A stretch of 64,000 nucleotides of DNA from Mobula hypostoma (lineage: Eukaryota): NCBI RefSeq assembly GCF_963921235.1, contig NC_086097.1, positions 62,746,001 through 62,810,000 on the forward strand, given 5' to 3'. Positions 1 to 13,639 of the stretch are shown here, piece by piece; position 1 is the first letter of the stretch; each line of letters opens with the position of its first letter. Both the position numbers and the translations under genes were made by a program. A model generated the notes under the pieces. The model was not told the DNA's origin, ran no database searches, and saw only the letters and a program-made list of their open reading frames with translations.

Positions 1-558
1 ATCGTATAAGAAAGCATTCATAAACAGCTCCTAACTGAGGGACAACTTGCATTTAAAAGAGCAGTTCAAATAGCTGTATCAATGAAAACAGCAGCCAGAG
101 ATGCAACTGAGTGTGAACAAAATTGTAGTGCCTAAACAGAAACCAGCCAGGCAGGGACTCACATATAACACACCAATGCATGTTTAAAGCAAATCTTACA
201 GAAAATGCCACAAAATAGAATATCGACAAAGAGTGTGTCAGGCAGACAAAAATAAATGGACTGCACAGAGAAGAGAAAAAGATAAAAAGTCAAGTTGCAG
301 TCCAAAAAGAGGACTAATCTGCATGCTGTTGATGAAAATATGATAATGATGACAGTGACACAGGACTACGTAGCTTTGAGAGTTACAATGTGGAAACTAT
401 CAATAGACAAGCATTATGGCTTACACTAGAAGTGAACAGCAAATTAGTAAAAATGGAACTGGACAGTGGTTCGGCTCTTTCAGGGATTCCACAAAATGAA
501 TTTGAATGGCAACTCAAAGATACTGAACTGAAGCCTGCAGATATCTAACTCAGAACTT
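1..558 (+). mobile_element. Degraded Gypsy/Ty3 LTR retrotransposon gag-protease remnant (runs off the window start)
   Basis: Hand translation gives ESIHKQLLTEGQLAFKRAVQIAVSMKTAARDATE (gag-like) and ALWLTLEVNSKLVKMELDSGSALSGI (aspartic protease LD[S/T]G motif), with stops and frameshifts. Confidence 0.75.
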
Positions 559-1744
559 AATTTGATGCCTCATTTAAATCCAAGTTTCCTGGAGGCCCAA
601 ATCTATAGTCTGCTGGTATTGGCAAAGACATAAACTGAAACCAAAGTGTCTGCATTATATCCAGCATGCTAATATTGTTACTTTATTTTTTAAATTTACA
701 TTAAAAGAAAATAAAACCTAGGTTTTTTTTAAAGTCTCAAGGAAAGGACAAATGACAAAGCTTACATATTATGTATTCTTACTTTATTCTAAAATTTATG
801 CAAATCAAAAAAGCAACAAAAACAATAATTTAAGAACTCAGAGGGAGGCATATTTGTCCTGCTTGAAGTGATTTGTAAAAATCTATCTGTTGAAATAACC
901 ACTTCTCACATCATTGATTCAGCTGTTCTTTATCATGTTGACAGAGCCCTGGCATTGATTAAAGACCTGATAATAAAGGATAGCCTCAGTTAACACAGTG
1001 AAAGATTATCTGCTGATCAACAGAAGTAAGAAGACTGAATTAAAAATATCATCAGATTACATGCACTTTGATTAAATTAATTGATATGTTTTCCTTAGTC
1101 TTGAGGTTGCTTGTCCTTTACTTATGGTTCAAAGCACCATTAAGGGAGACAGAATGGATTACACACTTTATCACTGACATTTATTTTGACTTTTCAAGTA
1201 ATAGACATCTTATTTCGCAGGGCTTTTTTTTGCTGTTAAGCAGAAACATTTGAAGAGCAGACAAGTGAAATGAACGGTTGTCCAAAAAACTATAGTGATT
1301 TAGAAGCCAGTTTTAAAGCCACCTGGTTTTCTCTGTTTTGAAATTCAGAGAATACCGGAGTCTAAAATGACTGCAATTTCACTGCGTCCATGGTTTATTG
1401 CTGTCCATAGATGCTGCCTCACTACTCCATAAATACACAGCACATACAGTGTAGAGATTGTGCAAAGAGGGGGAAGTAGATAAGGAACAGTATAAGAATA
1501 ATACAAGTTTTGGATCAAGGAGCATTCATTCCAAGATGCCCCATTGAAATCATCTTGTTATAAAGGGAAAGTTTCTTCTGAAGGTCAAACCCTGATTCCA
1601 TATGAATTCTTTCTGTCTACACAACTCTCATCAAGCAGTCTGATCTCACTTGTGTTACCTACCTGGCATCTGTCATATATGGTCCTTGCTCTGCCCTATT
1701 TCACTGATTTTCTCTTGGTCATATAGGGAGATCTGTTTTTATAA

Positions 1745-2147
1745 ACACAAGGAAGCCTGTAGATGCTGGAAATCCAGAGCAGCACACACCAGATGCTGGA
1801 GGAAATCAGCCTGTCAGGCAGCATCTATGGAAATGAATAGATAGTGAATGGTTTGGGCTGAGATTGAAAAGGAAGGGGGATATTGCCAGAATAAAAGGTG
1901 GGAGGGGGGGTGAGGGGAACGAGTCTAGCTGGAAAGTGATACGTGAAACCAAGCGCGTGGGAGAGGTCAAGGGCTGGAGAAGAATGAATCTGATAGGAGA
2001 TGAAAGTGGACCATAGGAGAAAGGGAAGGAAGAGGGGACCCTAGGTAGAAGAAGTAAATGAGGGACAAGGGAAATTTCTTTTCCGAAAGGAGAAATCAAT
2101 ATTCATGCCATCAGGTTGGAAGACACGCAGAAGGAACATAAGATCTG
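1745..2147 (-). mobile_element. Penelope-like element 3' fragment (end of GIY-YIG domain plus pseudo-LTR), older subfamily
   Basis: ~2088-2125 on the minus strand encodes LQPDGMNIDFS, as in the PLE ORFs at 22752 and 23271. 1745-1860 resembles the pLTR (agatgctggaaatccagagc...gcagcatctatgg). Confidence 0.75.
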
Positions 2148-2340
2148 CTTTTAAGTTCTTTTCTCTTTTGCTCACATGACTTTACATAGACTGTAGCTGA
2201 AATGTTGTCATATTTTAAAAAAAAACACTTTTCCATCATGGTTTTATTTGCCAAGTTTTGATTCCACTTTACCCGTTCTCACCCAATTGAAATTGGTTCT
2301 TCTCAAACTGACATTTTTACCTTGGTATCTCTTTCAACAC

Positions 2341-2535
2341 CATGGAAGTGTAGCAATTAGCATGACACTGTTACTCTAGAGTTTGGAGTCCAATTCCAGT
2401 TCTGTTCTCTGTGGAGTGGTCATTGTAAATTGTCCCATAATTACGTTAGGATTAATTCGATTTGCTGGGGATCGCTGGGGCTGTCTGGCTTGAGGGGCCA
2501 GTAGGACCTACTCCACTGTATCACTAAAATAAAAA
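2341..2535 (+). mobile_element. Degraded tRNA-derived V-domain-type SINE
   Basis: Shares ggtcattgtaaattgtccc and the 3' segment (gggcc...ctgtatc...aaataaa) with the copies at 52417 and 57798. Confidence 0.55.
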
Positions 2536-3325
2536 ATATTCCAAAGCTGCTCACTGATCTCATGATTACTGTTTCCTAAATGCTCCCCTACTGATATTTG
2601 CTCCACTGGCCTTGAATCATTTCCCAGAACTAAATCCAACAGGGGCCTAGATATGCACTGACCAAGAAAATTCTGTAAGAATTCTTCACTCTACTATTTC
2701 CAGCTATTTGTATGTTACTCCAGATTCCAACATCACCTGTCTCGAGAGTAGATTCTGTTTCAGTTTGTCCGAGGAGATCAAATCTTTTCAGTATTCAATC
2801 CTCATTGCACCCTTCTCCTTATCTTTCCTAAACACTTTATATCCTGAAACATTTAGAATTCCCATTCCTACAACTGTTTTGAAGTTTACTTTTCATCATC
2901 TCTGCCACATTATAATCCAATTTGGCAATTAAGTCTTATGTTTACTAGACTGGTCTAATATGCTTCTTGTCTTTGCAAACACACGTCGTAAATCTATCTT
3001 ACTTCACTATATCATCTCTTAATGTGGCTTTCTAAACATGTTTTGCATTTTGTTCTTGCGTACCCTTTCTCTGTAGTAATACAAATTATGTTCATTCGGA
3101 TACTTACTCAGCTCCCTTTTGAAGGCTACAATTGAATATACATTGCTTTAACCCTGAGCACAAATATTCCAGATTCACTAAATTAAAAAAGATTGCTTCC
3201 TATCTCTCACAGATGACATTAAGCTGGTAAAAATGCAAAGAAGATTAGAAAGAATGTGACCTGAACTCAAAGGTCTGAGTCATTGGGAGAGTTGAGAAGG
3301 CCAGAGCTTTAACTGCCCTGAAGGA

Positions 3326-4640
3326 TATCAGAATCAGGTTTAATATTACTGGCATACGTTGTGAAATATGTTGTTCTGCGGCAGCAGTAAATTGCAATAC
3401 ATAATAATTTTTAAATCTATAAATTACAATAGAAATATGTATAAAAAATAAATTAAATAGTGTAAAAAGAGAGCAGAAAAGAAGTCATAAGACCATAACA
3501 TATAGGAGGAGAATTAGGTCATTTGGCCCAACGAGTCTGCTCCACCATTTCATCATGGCTGATCTAATTTTCTTCTCAGCCCCAATCTCCTGCCTTCTCC
3601 CCACATCCCTTCATGCCTTGCTCAATCAAGAATCTATCAACCTCTGCCTTAAATATACATAAAGACTTGGCCTCCACAGCTGCCTATGGCAAAGAATTCC
3701 ACAGATTCACCATTCTCTGGTTAAAGAAATACCTCTTCATCCCTGTTCTGAAAGGACACCACTCTATTCCAACATTGTGACCTCTGATCTACCTCTGATC
3801 TTAGACTCCCCACCATTGGAAACTCCCTCTCCACATTCACTCTATCAAGGTCTTTCACCATTCGATAGGTTTCAATGAGGTCACCCCTCATTCTTCTAAA
3901 TTCTAGTGAATACTGACCAAGACCCATCAAATGCTCTTCACATGACAATCCTGGAATCATTTTCATGAACCTCCTTTAAACCTTTTCTATTTTCAGCACA
4001 TCTTTTCTAAGACAAGGGGCCCAAACCTGCTCACAAATAGTGAGGTAGAGTTCATGGATTCATTGTCCATTCAGAAATCTGATGGCAGAGAGGAAGCAGC
4101 TGTTCCTGAAATAGGGAGTGTATGTCTTCAGGCTCCTACACCTTCTCCTTGATGGTAACAATGAGAAAGGGGCATGTCCTGTGTGATGGGGGTCCTTAAT
4201 GATAGATACCATCTTTTAAGCTATCACCTTTTGTAAATGTCCTCAATGCTGGAGAGCCTAGTGTCCATGAAGGTGCTGGCAGTTTTTACTATCTTCTACA
4301 GCTTTTTCTGATCCTGTGCAGTAGCCCCTCCATATCAGATGGCGATGTAACCAGTTAGAATGCCTTTCACAGTACATCTGCAGAAATTTGTGTCTTTGGT
4401 GTCTTTGGTGACATACCAAGTCTCCTCAAGCTCCTGATGAAATATAGCTGCTGTTGTAATTGTATCAATATGTCGGACCCAGGATAGACGTGCAGAAATG
4501 TTAACATTCAGGATATTGAAACTGTTCACCCTTTCCATGACTGATCCTTTGATGAGGACTGCCGTGTCCTTGGCTTCCCCTTCCTGAAGTCCACAATCAA
4601 TTCCTTTGTCTGACCAATGTTCAGTACAAGGTTGTTGTGT
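3326..4640 (-). mobile_element. Rex1/Babar-like LINE 3' fragment, interrupted by a CR1
   Basis: ORF 4335-4538 (ERVNSFNILNVNISARLSW...NFCRCTVKGILTG) matches the Rex-type RT C-terminus also seen at 9683 and 54445; tcagaatcagg tail at 3328. Confidence 0.7.
3487..4036 (-). mobile_element. 5'-truncated CR1 LINE
   Basis: ORF 3721-3966 contains YSLEFRRMRGDLIETYRMVK (CR1 ORF2 C-terminus); cataagaccataa tail. Confidence 0.85.
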
Positions 4641-4699
4641 GACACCTTCAGAGGGATATTGGTCTCTCTCAAGTTCAATTGTAACCAGTTCGTTTTGTT

Positions 4700-5497
4700 C
4701 AGGTCACACTTTCAAGATGGGAACTGTCATTGCAGCAGAAAAGGTCATTAGCTGCAGTCTACCATCACTGCAGGACTTGTATGTGTCTAAAACAAAGAAT
4801 TGGACAGAAAAATTATTGCAGATATTACCCATCCATCAAAATGCCTTTTCCGAAAGCTTCTTTCTAGAAAGCACAATAGGGCTACTAAAACAAAAAATTC
4901 ACGATATCTTAAAAGCTTCTTTCCTCAGACAGTTAATCTAATCAACCATTCTCATTGAATGAATCCACCCAGCTCTATTATTTCAGGTATGGCTCTGTAT
5001 TGTGAACACTTTAAACCACTTTTTATACTGCCGGTATTTATCTATTTATGCACGTTTTATGTATTGTTTATTAACATACAGTGTGGAATAGGCTCTTCCA
5101 GTCCTTCAAACCATGGCACCCAGTAACCCCCGATTTATTCCTAGCATAATCACAGGACAGTATGCAATACAATGACTAACCAACCTACCAACTGGTACAT
5201 CTTTCAACTGTGGGAGGAAATTGGAGCACCCAGAATAAAACCACACATTCATAGTGAGAACATTCAAACCTCTTCCAGGCAGCTATGGGAATTGAACCCT
5301 AGTCACTGAAACTGTAAAGTGTTGTGCTAACCACTATGCTACTGTGTTGATATCTGTACTTCAAACTTAATTGTTATATAATTTTTTATTCTGTATTATG
5401 TTTGAACATTATCATTTTTGTTGCATATAGCACCAACACACCACAGCAATTTCCTAATACATGTACATGTATCTGGTGCATGAAGTTGATCCTTGAC
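4700..5497 (+). mobile_element. Rex1/Babar-like LINE 3' end with a nested SINE
   Basis: AAEKVISCSLPSLQDLYVSKT in ORF 4606-4941, followed by a 3' UTR ending ...gatccttga. Confidence 0.6.
5080..5346 (-). mobile_element. tRNA-derived V-domain-type SINE
   Basis: Reverse complement shows a head (cacagtagcatagtggttagc...gggttcaattccc) and the core tctgggtgctccaatttcctcccac. Confidence 0.7.
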
Positions 5498-8400
5498 ATT
5501 CCCCAGGAATTATCCCAATGACCCACAAATCTGAAAGCCTGCCCCCTGCACCAATCCTTCCACCAAATTTTCAAAAACGAGTACTGCCATACTTTTCATA
5601 CAGGCCAGGTACAGGCAGGTTGTGGTTCTTTGTTTGTCAAAATGTGTTTGCATCCATCGAATGCGCAATTGGAAGAATATTGTGTCATACTATACAATAA
5701 CTAAAGGCCGATAAACTTTATATAACAAAGATTTTTGCAAGTTAGTAAATCTTGCCCTACTATGTGTATGTCACCTTGAATGACATATTTCACAACCAAA
5801 TGATCAACTTGGGAACTGAAAAACAGAAAACTGCATAAATTGGAAATCTGAAATGGAAATAGAAGTGCTCAGTATGTCTGAGAACTAAAGAAAACTTTAG
5901 GTTATTCATCTGAAGCTGTTGCCTAACTTGCTGAGTCTTTCCAACACTCTTATTTTTAGTTATGATGGGCTCAGGAAGTGGATTAGTAAGTGTAAGCAAG
6001 TTGCAACAGATATATCCAGCAGAATATCCCAGTGAAGGTCTATTACAGAAAACATTTGTAGATGTCAAATGCACAATACAAAAATTAGGCTGAAAATTCA
6101 CTCCAACAACAAACTGTTTCCCTAGGTACTTCCCAGGTACATAATCAGACAAAAACAAATGGCACCAAGCCAAAGTCAATGAACAAAGTATATTTTGAAA
6201 TGCATCTCACATGAGATGAAAGAGAACTCAAAGGTGTCTCTTCTAATCCCCAAACAATCCCATTTTGCAGTTCAGTCTCCAGTTTATTGAATTCCTGTTA
6301 ACGTAAATCAATATAGATTCCACCCGCACATGGGAAAAATACTGCAGTGATGTTTTATGAAACAATCCATTAAACTCAGCTCTGGAGAAAATTTATTTGA
6401 ATTTGAATGGGAGGTCTTAGAAAAATCTATGAAAAGAGGTGCCATAAAGCCTTCTAAATAAATGGTCATTGACAATGTCAATGTAAACTGCAAAAAACAA
6501 TGTTCATGCAATGGAAATTGTATAGCATAGACATGGGTGGACAGAGCTTAAATTTCTTAACAGTACTATCGTATATATCTCTTACAGATACAGTGGTATC
6601 ACAAACATAGCCTCAACTATATTTTCATTTGTGTGTTGTACCAGTGTACAGCAACTTACTTTGATCCTGAGCAGAGAGCAAACTCACAAATACCCAATCT
6701 GTGAAAATCAGATTGGAAAAAAGCAATGAAAATTACCATCAAAATTCAGGACATTCTACCTGCATTGACAAGTAAAAGGACATTTTTGCACCAATAATCC
6801 TAAAATATGCAATTTTTTGAGAAGAATCCAAGCCATGTTTATAAACATTGTTCACTGTAATCACAAAGTGTAGTTATTATGGGGATTTATCGTGTTTTTA
6901 AAGAAAAATTATGTAATCAGGTCTTTGCACAAGTACAAAATGAAGATAACTATGGATATTTCTTTGGTAGGTTTTTTTTATTCTTGTAACTTTGATCCAG
7001 TACATAGTTAGCTATTCATATCTCACAGTGAAAGGATTCAATGGAATGTGGATCATTAATCTTTAGTTATCATGGTGTGAATGTTAACCTTACTGCTGGG
7101 GCAGGTTTCCAAACTGGTGAGATTATGTATGGACAGAAGGTAGGAGATTGCTATGATCAAACCTGAGTTGCCATGACAAATGGATAGTATGCCCAAGAGG
7201 AGATAGATTCAAATGAACAACACTGATGTAATTTCAATATCTATTATAAAAGAAACGAAAAAGGTGTCCAGTCTTATAATAATGTCCGCCTTCTGGAGAG
7301 CTGCTTATGAGTATTCCAGTAGAAAAAATTAGACACTTGCCAGAACATCCATACTCCGTCTACAGAGATGAACTACCATTGATTACTTTGAACCAAATCA
7401 CTTCTTAGTGAGAAAACTGTATATCTTTTGACAGATCAGCTGAGTTAATCATGTCTCTGAAATGTGATTGGACTAGCTCAGAATGAACATGAATGTTTGC
7501 CAATTTTTACTTGATATTTTACAAGGTTGTGATGGATTTCGTTTTAATCAGTTCAAAACTAAACACATGACTAAGGTATCTCAAACTATTGCAACTTTTC
7601 ATATAGGAATCAACTAGTAAAATTAAAGTAACCCTGACGCAGGGGAAACTGATTAAACAATATAGCTCCCAAGAATTAGTCATTGTCATATTTTATTCCG
7701 AAGAAAATTTAACTTCTATTTGGACTATCTTTTAATAAACAATATCATGCAATTTAATTTCCAGACAATTGCTTGCAGAACTCATGTAAAATACTAGTTC
7801 ATTAAAATTCTGGGGCCCTCCTAACTCACAACAACAGAACACCAGCATTGAAAGTCCATTAAGTTAATCTTGCAGGATTTACTCTATTTTGTGCGTGATA
7901 CAAAGTTGCTCCCTTAAGTGTAGGCGTATAAGCACCCATGTATCTGTGTAATTTCCCCAGGTTTTTTGGTGCGAACAATACTTTAGCAGAACTGTGAATT
8001 TGTGCGCTCTCTGGTTAATTGAATAACAGCTTTGTTTAGTGGCATCACCATTTATGATCAGGATGGTTTATTCCCGTTTATTCTCCTGTCAAATAGTTTT
8101 GGAATTTCAACTGATAGAAGCAATTTGGATCCATTTTTCACACATAATTTGTTTTACGTCGGTACCCTCCGCTTATGTGCTTAATTCTTCTTTTATTGGG
8201 AGAAGTTCATGTTATTTCAATTATGAATTCTGCTCCCTCCAGTTCAGAGAGGCTCTTTTTAAAATAATTCAATTGACCTTACAAAGCAGAGCACTGCTTC
8301 AGTAAATGTGAGTTGTTCTGTGTATAAATTTTGCTTGCTGTCATATAAACTGTTTGTTATGCAACCTGTCATAATTACCATCCTTACTCTAATTCATCAA

Positions 8401-8530
8401 TTGTCTGTGGTATCAATGTGCACTTGAATAAATATAGACGCCATTCTGTTAAAAATACGTACTGAGAGTTAGATATTAATGAATCTTAATTAAATTATTT
8501 ACCCATGAATCTTTTAGGAATTTCTCACAG

Positions 8531-8582
8531 GTTTGTACAATAGTAGAACATATAAAATGGCTACCGAGCGCCTCTCAAACAG
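8531..8582 (+). CDS. Probable short exon of an unidentified host gene; ATG at 8557 gives MATERLSN-(R/S)
   Basis: Acceptor tttctcacag|G, consensus donor CAG|gtaagt, strong Kozak context aaaATGG, and retained CpGs within otherwise AT-rich unique sequence. Confidence 0.5.
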
Positions 8583-8638
8583 GTAAGTTTACTTTAGAAT
8601 AGAATGTGCATCATTATCGTAACTGCTGATACAGTATT

Positions 8639-9420
8639 AGATAGATAGATAGATAGATATACTTTTTTAATCCCGAGGGAAATTTGGTTTCGTTACAGCC
8701 GCACCAACCAAGAATAGAGCGTAAATATAGCTATCCAAAAAACGCAACTATCAAACAACAAAATGCAAAACTATGCCAGATGGAAAATAAGTCCAGGACC
8801 AGTCTATTGGCTCAGGGTGTCTGACCCTCCACGGGAGGAGCTGCACGTTCAATGGCCACAGGCAGGAACGACCTCCCGTGCCGCCAAGTGTTGTATCACG
8901 GTGGAATGTGGCCGAAGTCCAACAGTAAAAAGTTCAATACACAGTCTGCAAACACCTTCCTCGATCGTAATATACCCCGGATTGCACCATCCGTTGTTAG
9001 CCAGATCAGTAAGCACCCCATTCCTTCACGCTTACCGCTCTCGGTGAACTTCCGGTCAGGCGGAACGGTATTACCCACCGAACTCCTCTTCTCCAAAAGT
9101 CTCTGTTGTCTCGACCCGGTCTTCTTTCCTCGGCTTTGTGATCCCCCTCTGCATCCTCTGTGTGTTTTCCTCCGGATTTCAGCAGGGGTGTCCACCGCTC
9201 TGCTCGCTAAACCGGCCGGCATTTGCTGGTCCGTGGAATACACAATGTGACCTTGCTTCTGTCCCGTGTGTCAGGATGTAACCATTTTCAGCGCTAAAGA
9301 AAACCCAAATAAAACTCTCTACCAGCATATTAGTGAGGGTGTAGCTTCGACATGTTGCCGTGAGAAAAAAAAATGCAAAAAGTAACATAAATTAAAAAGT
9401 AAGAAGAAAGTACAAACGAA
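8639..9420 (-). mobile_element. Internally deleted (RT-less) Rex1/Babar derivative with (TATC)n tail
   Basis: Minus strand reads N-terminal PAEIRRKTHRGCRGG, then an APE fragment (PDRKFTESGKREG; NNGWCNPGYITIEE; IELFTVGLRP), then the C-terminal RHGRSFLPVAI, a 3' UTR and (gata)n at 8639-8660. Confidence 0.7.
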
Positions 9421-9534
9421 ATATGAATTGAAACATTATTTGAATGTTAAAGTGTCTTGTAATTATTCTTAATTTGCAATTTTCCAGACTGGAAGTGTCG
9501 TTTGATTGGGAGAGGTTTCCTAAATTTAATCAAA

Positions 9535-10850
9535 TCGGAATCAGAATCAAGTGTACTATGACTGAATCGTGTTGTGAAATCTGTTGCTTAGCAGCAGCAG
9601 TAAAATGCAAAGCCTTAAAAATCCATAAATTACAATAAGTAAAATATATATATAAATTAAATTAAGTACTACAAACAGAGAGCTAAAATAGTGAAGTAAT
9701 ATTTTTGGATTGGTTCATTATCCAAATCTGATTTGACAGAGCAGAAGAAACTTTTCCTAAAATGTTCAGCATGTGTCTACCTCCTCTATGATGGTAGTAA
9801 TAAGAAGAGAGCACGTATAAGGTGATGATTGTCCTTAATAATAAATGCCACTTATTTGAGGCATCACCTTTTGAAGATATCCCAAATGCAGGGGAGGCTA
9901 GTGCAACCCTATGCAGATTTTTCTGACCTTGTGCAGAGGCCCTTCCATACCAGATGACATTGCAACCAGTTAGAATGCTCTCCACAGTACGTCTGGAGAA
10001 GTTGGCGGGTGTCTTTGGTGACATACCAATTCTCCTCAAATGTCTAATGAAATATAGCCATTAACATGCTTCCTTCATCATTGCATCAATATGTCAGGCC
10101 TAGAATAGCTCCTCAGAGATGTTGACACCCATGAAATTGAAACTGTTCTCCCTTGCCACTGCTGATCCCTCGATGAAGACTGGTGTGTGTTCCTTCAACT
10201 TCTCCTTCCTGAAGTCCACAGTCAATTCTTTGCTCTTGTTGACGTTGTTGTTGCGACACCACTCAACCAGATGAATTATCTCACTCCCGTTCCCTCCATG
10301 TCACCATCTGAGATTCTGCCAGCATCACTTGTGAAATCAGCATGTTTATAGATGGTGTTTCGGCTGTGCCTAGCCACGCAGTCATGAGTGTAGAGAGAGT
10401 ATAGCAGCGGGCTAGCCGCACATCCTTGAGTTGTGCCAGTACTGATTGTAACTGAGGAGGCAATTTTACTTCTGATCTGCACTGAGTGTGATCTCCTGGT
10501 GAGAAAGTTAAGAATCCAGATGCAGAGGGAGATTCAGAGGCCCATGTTTTTAAGGTTGTTAATTGGTACTGAGAGGATGATGGTGTTGAATGCTGGGCTG
10601 TGATCAATAAACAGCAGCTTGACGTAGGTATTGCTTTGTCCAGGTAGTCCAAGGTCTAGTGGAGAGCCAGTGAGATTGCATCTGCTGTAGACCTATTGTG
10701 GTGATAGGCAAATTGAAATGAGTCCAGGTCCTTGCTTAGGCAGGAGTTAAATCTAGCCATAACAAGTTACTCAAAGCACTTCATCACAGTAGATACGAAT
10801 GCAAATGGATGATTGTTATTGGGGCAGTTTACCCTGATCTTATTGGGCAC
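9535..10850 (-). mobile_element. 5'-truncated Rex1/Babar-like LINE (RT region)
   Basis: STGTTQGCAASPLLYSLYTHDC...IYKHAD (decayed PQG and FADD motifs) and SRRTVESILTGCNVIWYG in ORFs 10276 and 9683. Confidence 0.85.
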
Positions 10851-12574
10851 AATTTGAATAATCTTAGTTATAAATTTATACAATTGGATCAGATCCCTGC
10901 ATAACCATTTGTTTAATTTTATTTTCCATTAACCTCAGTAAAATCATTTGGTGTTTAAAAACATGCAGCCAATCTGATAGAATTATTTTGTGAATTAACT
11001 AAAAGTTGTCAACAAGTTGTCCAAAAGTAAAGTCTCTGTTATTATTAATTGAAGATAATTCATCATACCAACTTTTTGGAATCAATTAAACACATTATAT
11101 ATGATCTGCTTATCATATTTAACATTAACTTATGCTGTATGGTATTACATAGAGAAAGCATTTATGATATTAATTTCATGACCGTCAGACAGATGAAAAA
11201 TGAGAGAAAATTCTTTGTAACTTTGTATAAATTCGTAATCGTATAAATTCATAATCTCAACATAATTATTAAGTAGTGAGTTACTTTTTTTAAAATTACA
11301 TTTGATATAATCTAGGTCATGTTTTCTGATGGGGTGAGAAATCATATCTAATCAAAGAGAAACAATAACAACTGCACTTTCCTGGAGAAATGGAAACAAG
11401 TGAGAGATTAATGAGAATAATTTACAATTTAGCAGCCTGAATCCCAGGTGTAACCTGCTAATAGTTGCACCTCGATTTTTAAAATTATGAACCATCACTT
11501 ATAGTGCTTAATGCTCCAAGACTACTCTTTGTCGATGAAATTTAATGCATTTTCCACTGCAAAGATTGTCACAGTTCAACTCCAACACAGCTAATGTGTA
11601 AAACCTCAGAGGGAACATTTTCAGCTAGAAGCATAACAAAACTGTGCGCCCTCCAAAGTTCACTCTACCATTCAGTAAGATCATGGCTGAGATCATCACT
11701 GAGTTCATCCCCAAATTCTGCCTGCTCTCCAGAACTCATAACTCCCTCAACAGCCAGAAAATTTCAACTCTGAATATATTTAATGACTGAACAATCTCAG
11801 TGCACTAAGCTGGAGGATCATAATCATTCATAATCCTTTTGTATGTTGAAGTTTTTCATGATCACAGCCTTGTGCATAACAAAATCTGTCCTTATAAAGT
11901 GAAATAACAGCTCAATGTCAATAATTTGGCGGTGCTCATTCTGGCCCGGCATCTGCATTCAGCCACTGAACTAAATCTGGTGACACCTTTACCTGCAGGA
12001 ACACCCATGGATTGGGTCACACTGGAACCCTCTGTGAAGTGAACTGGGCTGCAAGTGGTGGCCAGCCCTCAAAGTGGAATAGCCCCACTGTTGTCAATAT
12101 GCAATAATTTTAAATCTGTTTAAATTGGTTTACATGTGAAAACAAATAACAAAATATGATTAAATTATGTAAAGTAAGAAAGGTCTAAATTGTATCAATA
12201 CTGTGTGTTCATTGATATGATGGCTATATAAGGTGGTGGCCATATAGTTAAAAAATAAGAAGGAAGGAGAAAAAGGTGGGAGATGATGGCAAGATCTCCA
12301 GTCCAAAAATTAACCTGGACCCAGCACTTAATTAGTGTGGAACTTACTCTGGCCTTCACAAGAACTTCTACCGTTGTTAAGCCAGCTGTATAGTAAGAAT
12401 GAATGTGCACAGGCGACTTCAGCTGCAATCACACTGGAAAAGCTTGATTTCACGAAGAGGTAATAGATCCTTTCATTTTCTCCCACACACACATTCCCTC
12501 TACACTGGATATTCACAGATCTGCATGGGAACGTACCAGCTACAAAATGCCAGGTAATAACTTGTCATAGCCTC

Positions 12575-13260
12575 AAAATTCAGCGTTCAAAGGAGATTTA
12601 TTATTAAAGTATGTCAGCCATAAAACAACGGAACCCTATAAAACCCATTGAAAAAGAAGACCATCAAACACCCAATGAGCAAAAAAAAAACAAATTGTGC
12701 AAACAATAAAAGTAAGCAAATAACATTTAGAACTGAAATTCACAAAAGTGAGTCCACAGCCACGAAGCCAGTCATCACTGCAGCCGATCCAGGAGCGAGC
12801 TTGTTGCAGGCTGCTGCCTCAGTTCAGTGCAGATATGAGTAAACCTCAGGAAGTAGCTGACCCCATTCCTGTCTGGTCAGTCGCAAAACCCTGACTTTTT
12901 CAATCTGGTTCAGTGCTTAAGTCAGCAAACCTCAGGCTGTTCCTTGCTCTCGGACCCAGGTGCGGTCCCTGCTGCCTCACTTCTGCTCACCTTATCTCGG
13001 TTCTGGCACGTTGAATTGGCTCCAAATCCACTCCAGCAATGGTGAAACATTGGCTCATTTCCTGCTCTCGGGCCTGGGCCCGGCGGCCCCAATTCAGCTC
13101 CTACCCGCCACGCCACGCCACAACCATCCTGCACCTTTGGGACTTCATTTCACACCATAAAAATGACAGGTGGTACAGGCGGTTCAAAAGCTTACTTCCA
13201 AAATGGAAGTTATAGGCTATTGAATGCAGTGACAGTATCTGAGAAACGGTGTGTTTAATA
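12575..13260 (-). mobile_element. Non-coding, GC-rich non-autonomous retroelement with a Rex-like 3' end
   Basis: 3' end similar to the LINE 3' end at 53405-53460 (ttcaaa...tttattat.aaagtat); CpG-rich body; no coherent ORF. Confidence 0.45.
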
Positions 13261-13639
13261 CAGTAATTTATAGTTTTGATTGTTTTGTTTGCTACCAGCA
13301 AGTCATCACAGTGCTTCACCAGTGTCATCTTAAATCTTGACAGCTCCAAGGAAACTGTGAATTGTGTCTCAGGAAGGACAAGGGCAGGATGGGTAATACC
13401 TCACCAGCTGATTGACCTCCTAGATACACACCAGCCTGGCAAAAAATATATTATTTATCTCTCAGAGTCTTAATAACTGGCACTGTCCACACATGGAGGC
13501 AGTAAAATCTAAATGGCCTTTAGGTGTGGGCTGATAGCTGACCAGCAACATTTGCATCATCAGGGAATCAATGACTACTTCAAAGTTCCTGGCTAGGCAG
13601 TTTCCCCCAACACAGATATCCCATGAGTCACCATTTGCC

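Noticed and set aside
12348..12520. Possible minus-strand exon (cccatgcag ... AGA|gtaagt)
   Set aside because: Splice-like sites are expected by chance in 64 kb, and the peptide has no recognisable similarity.
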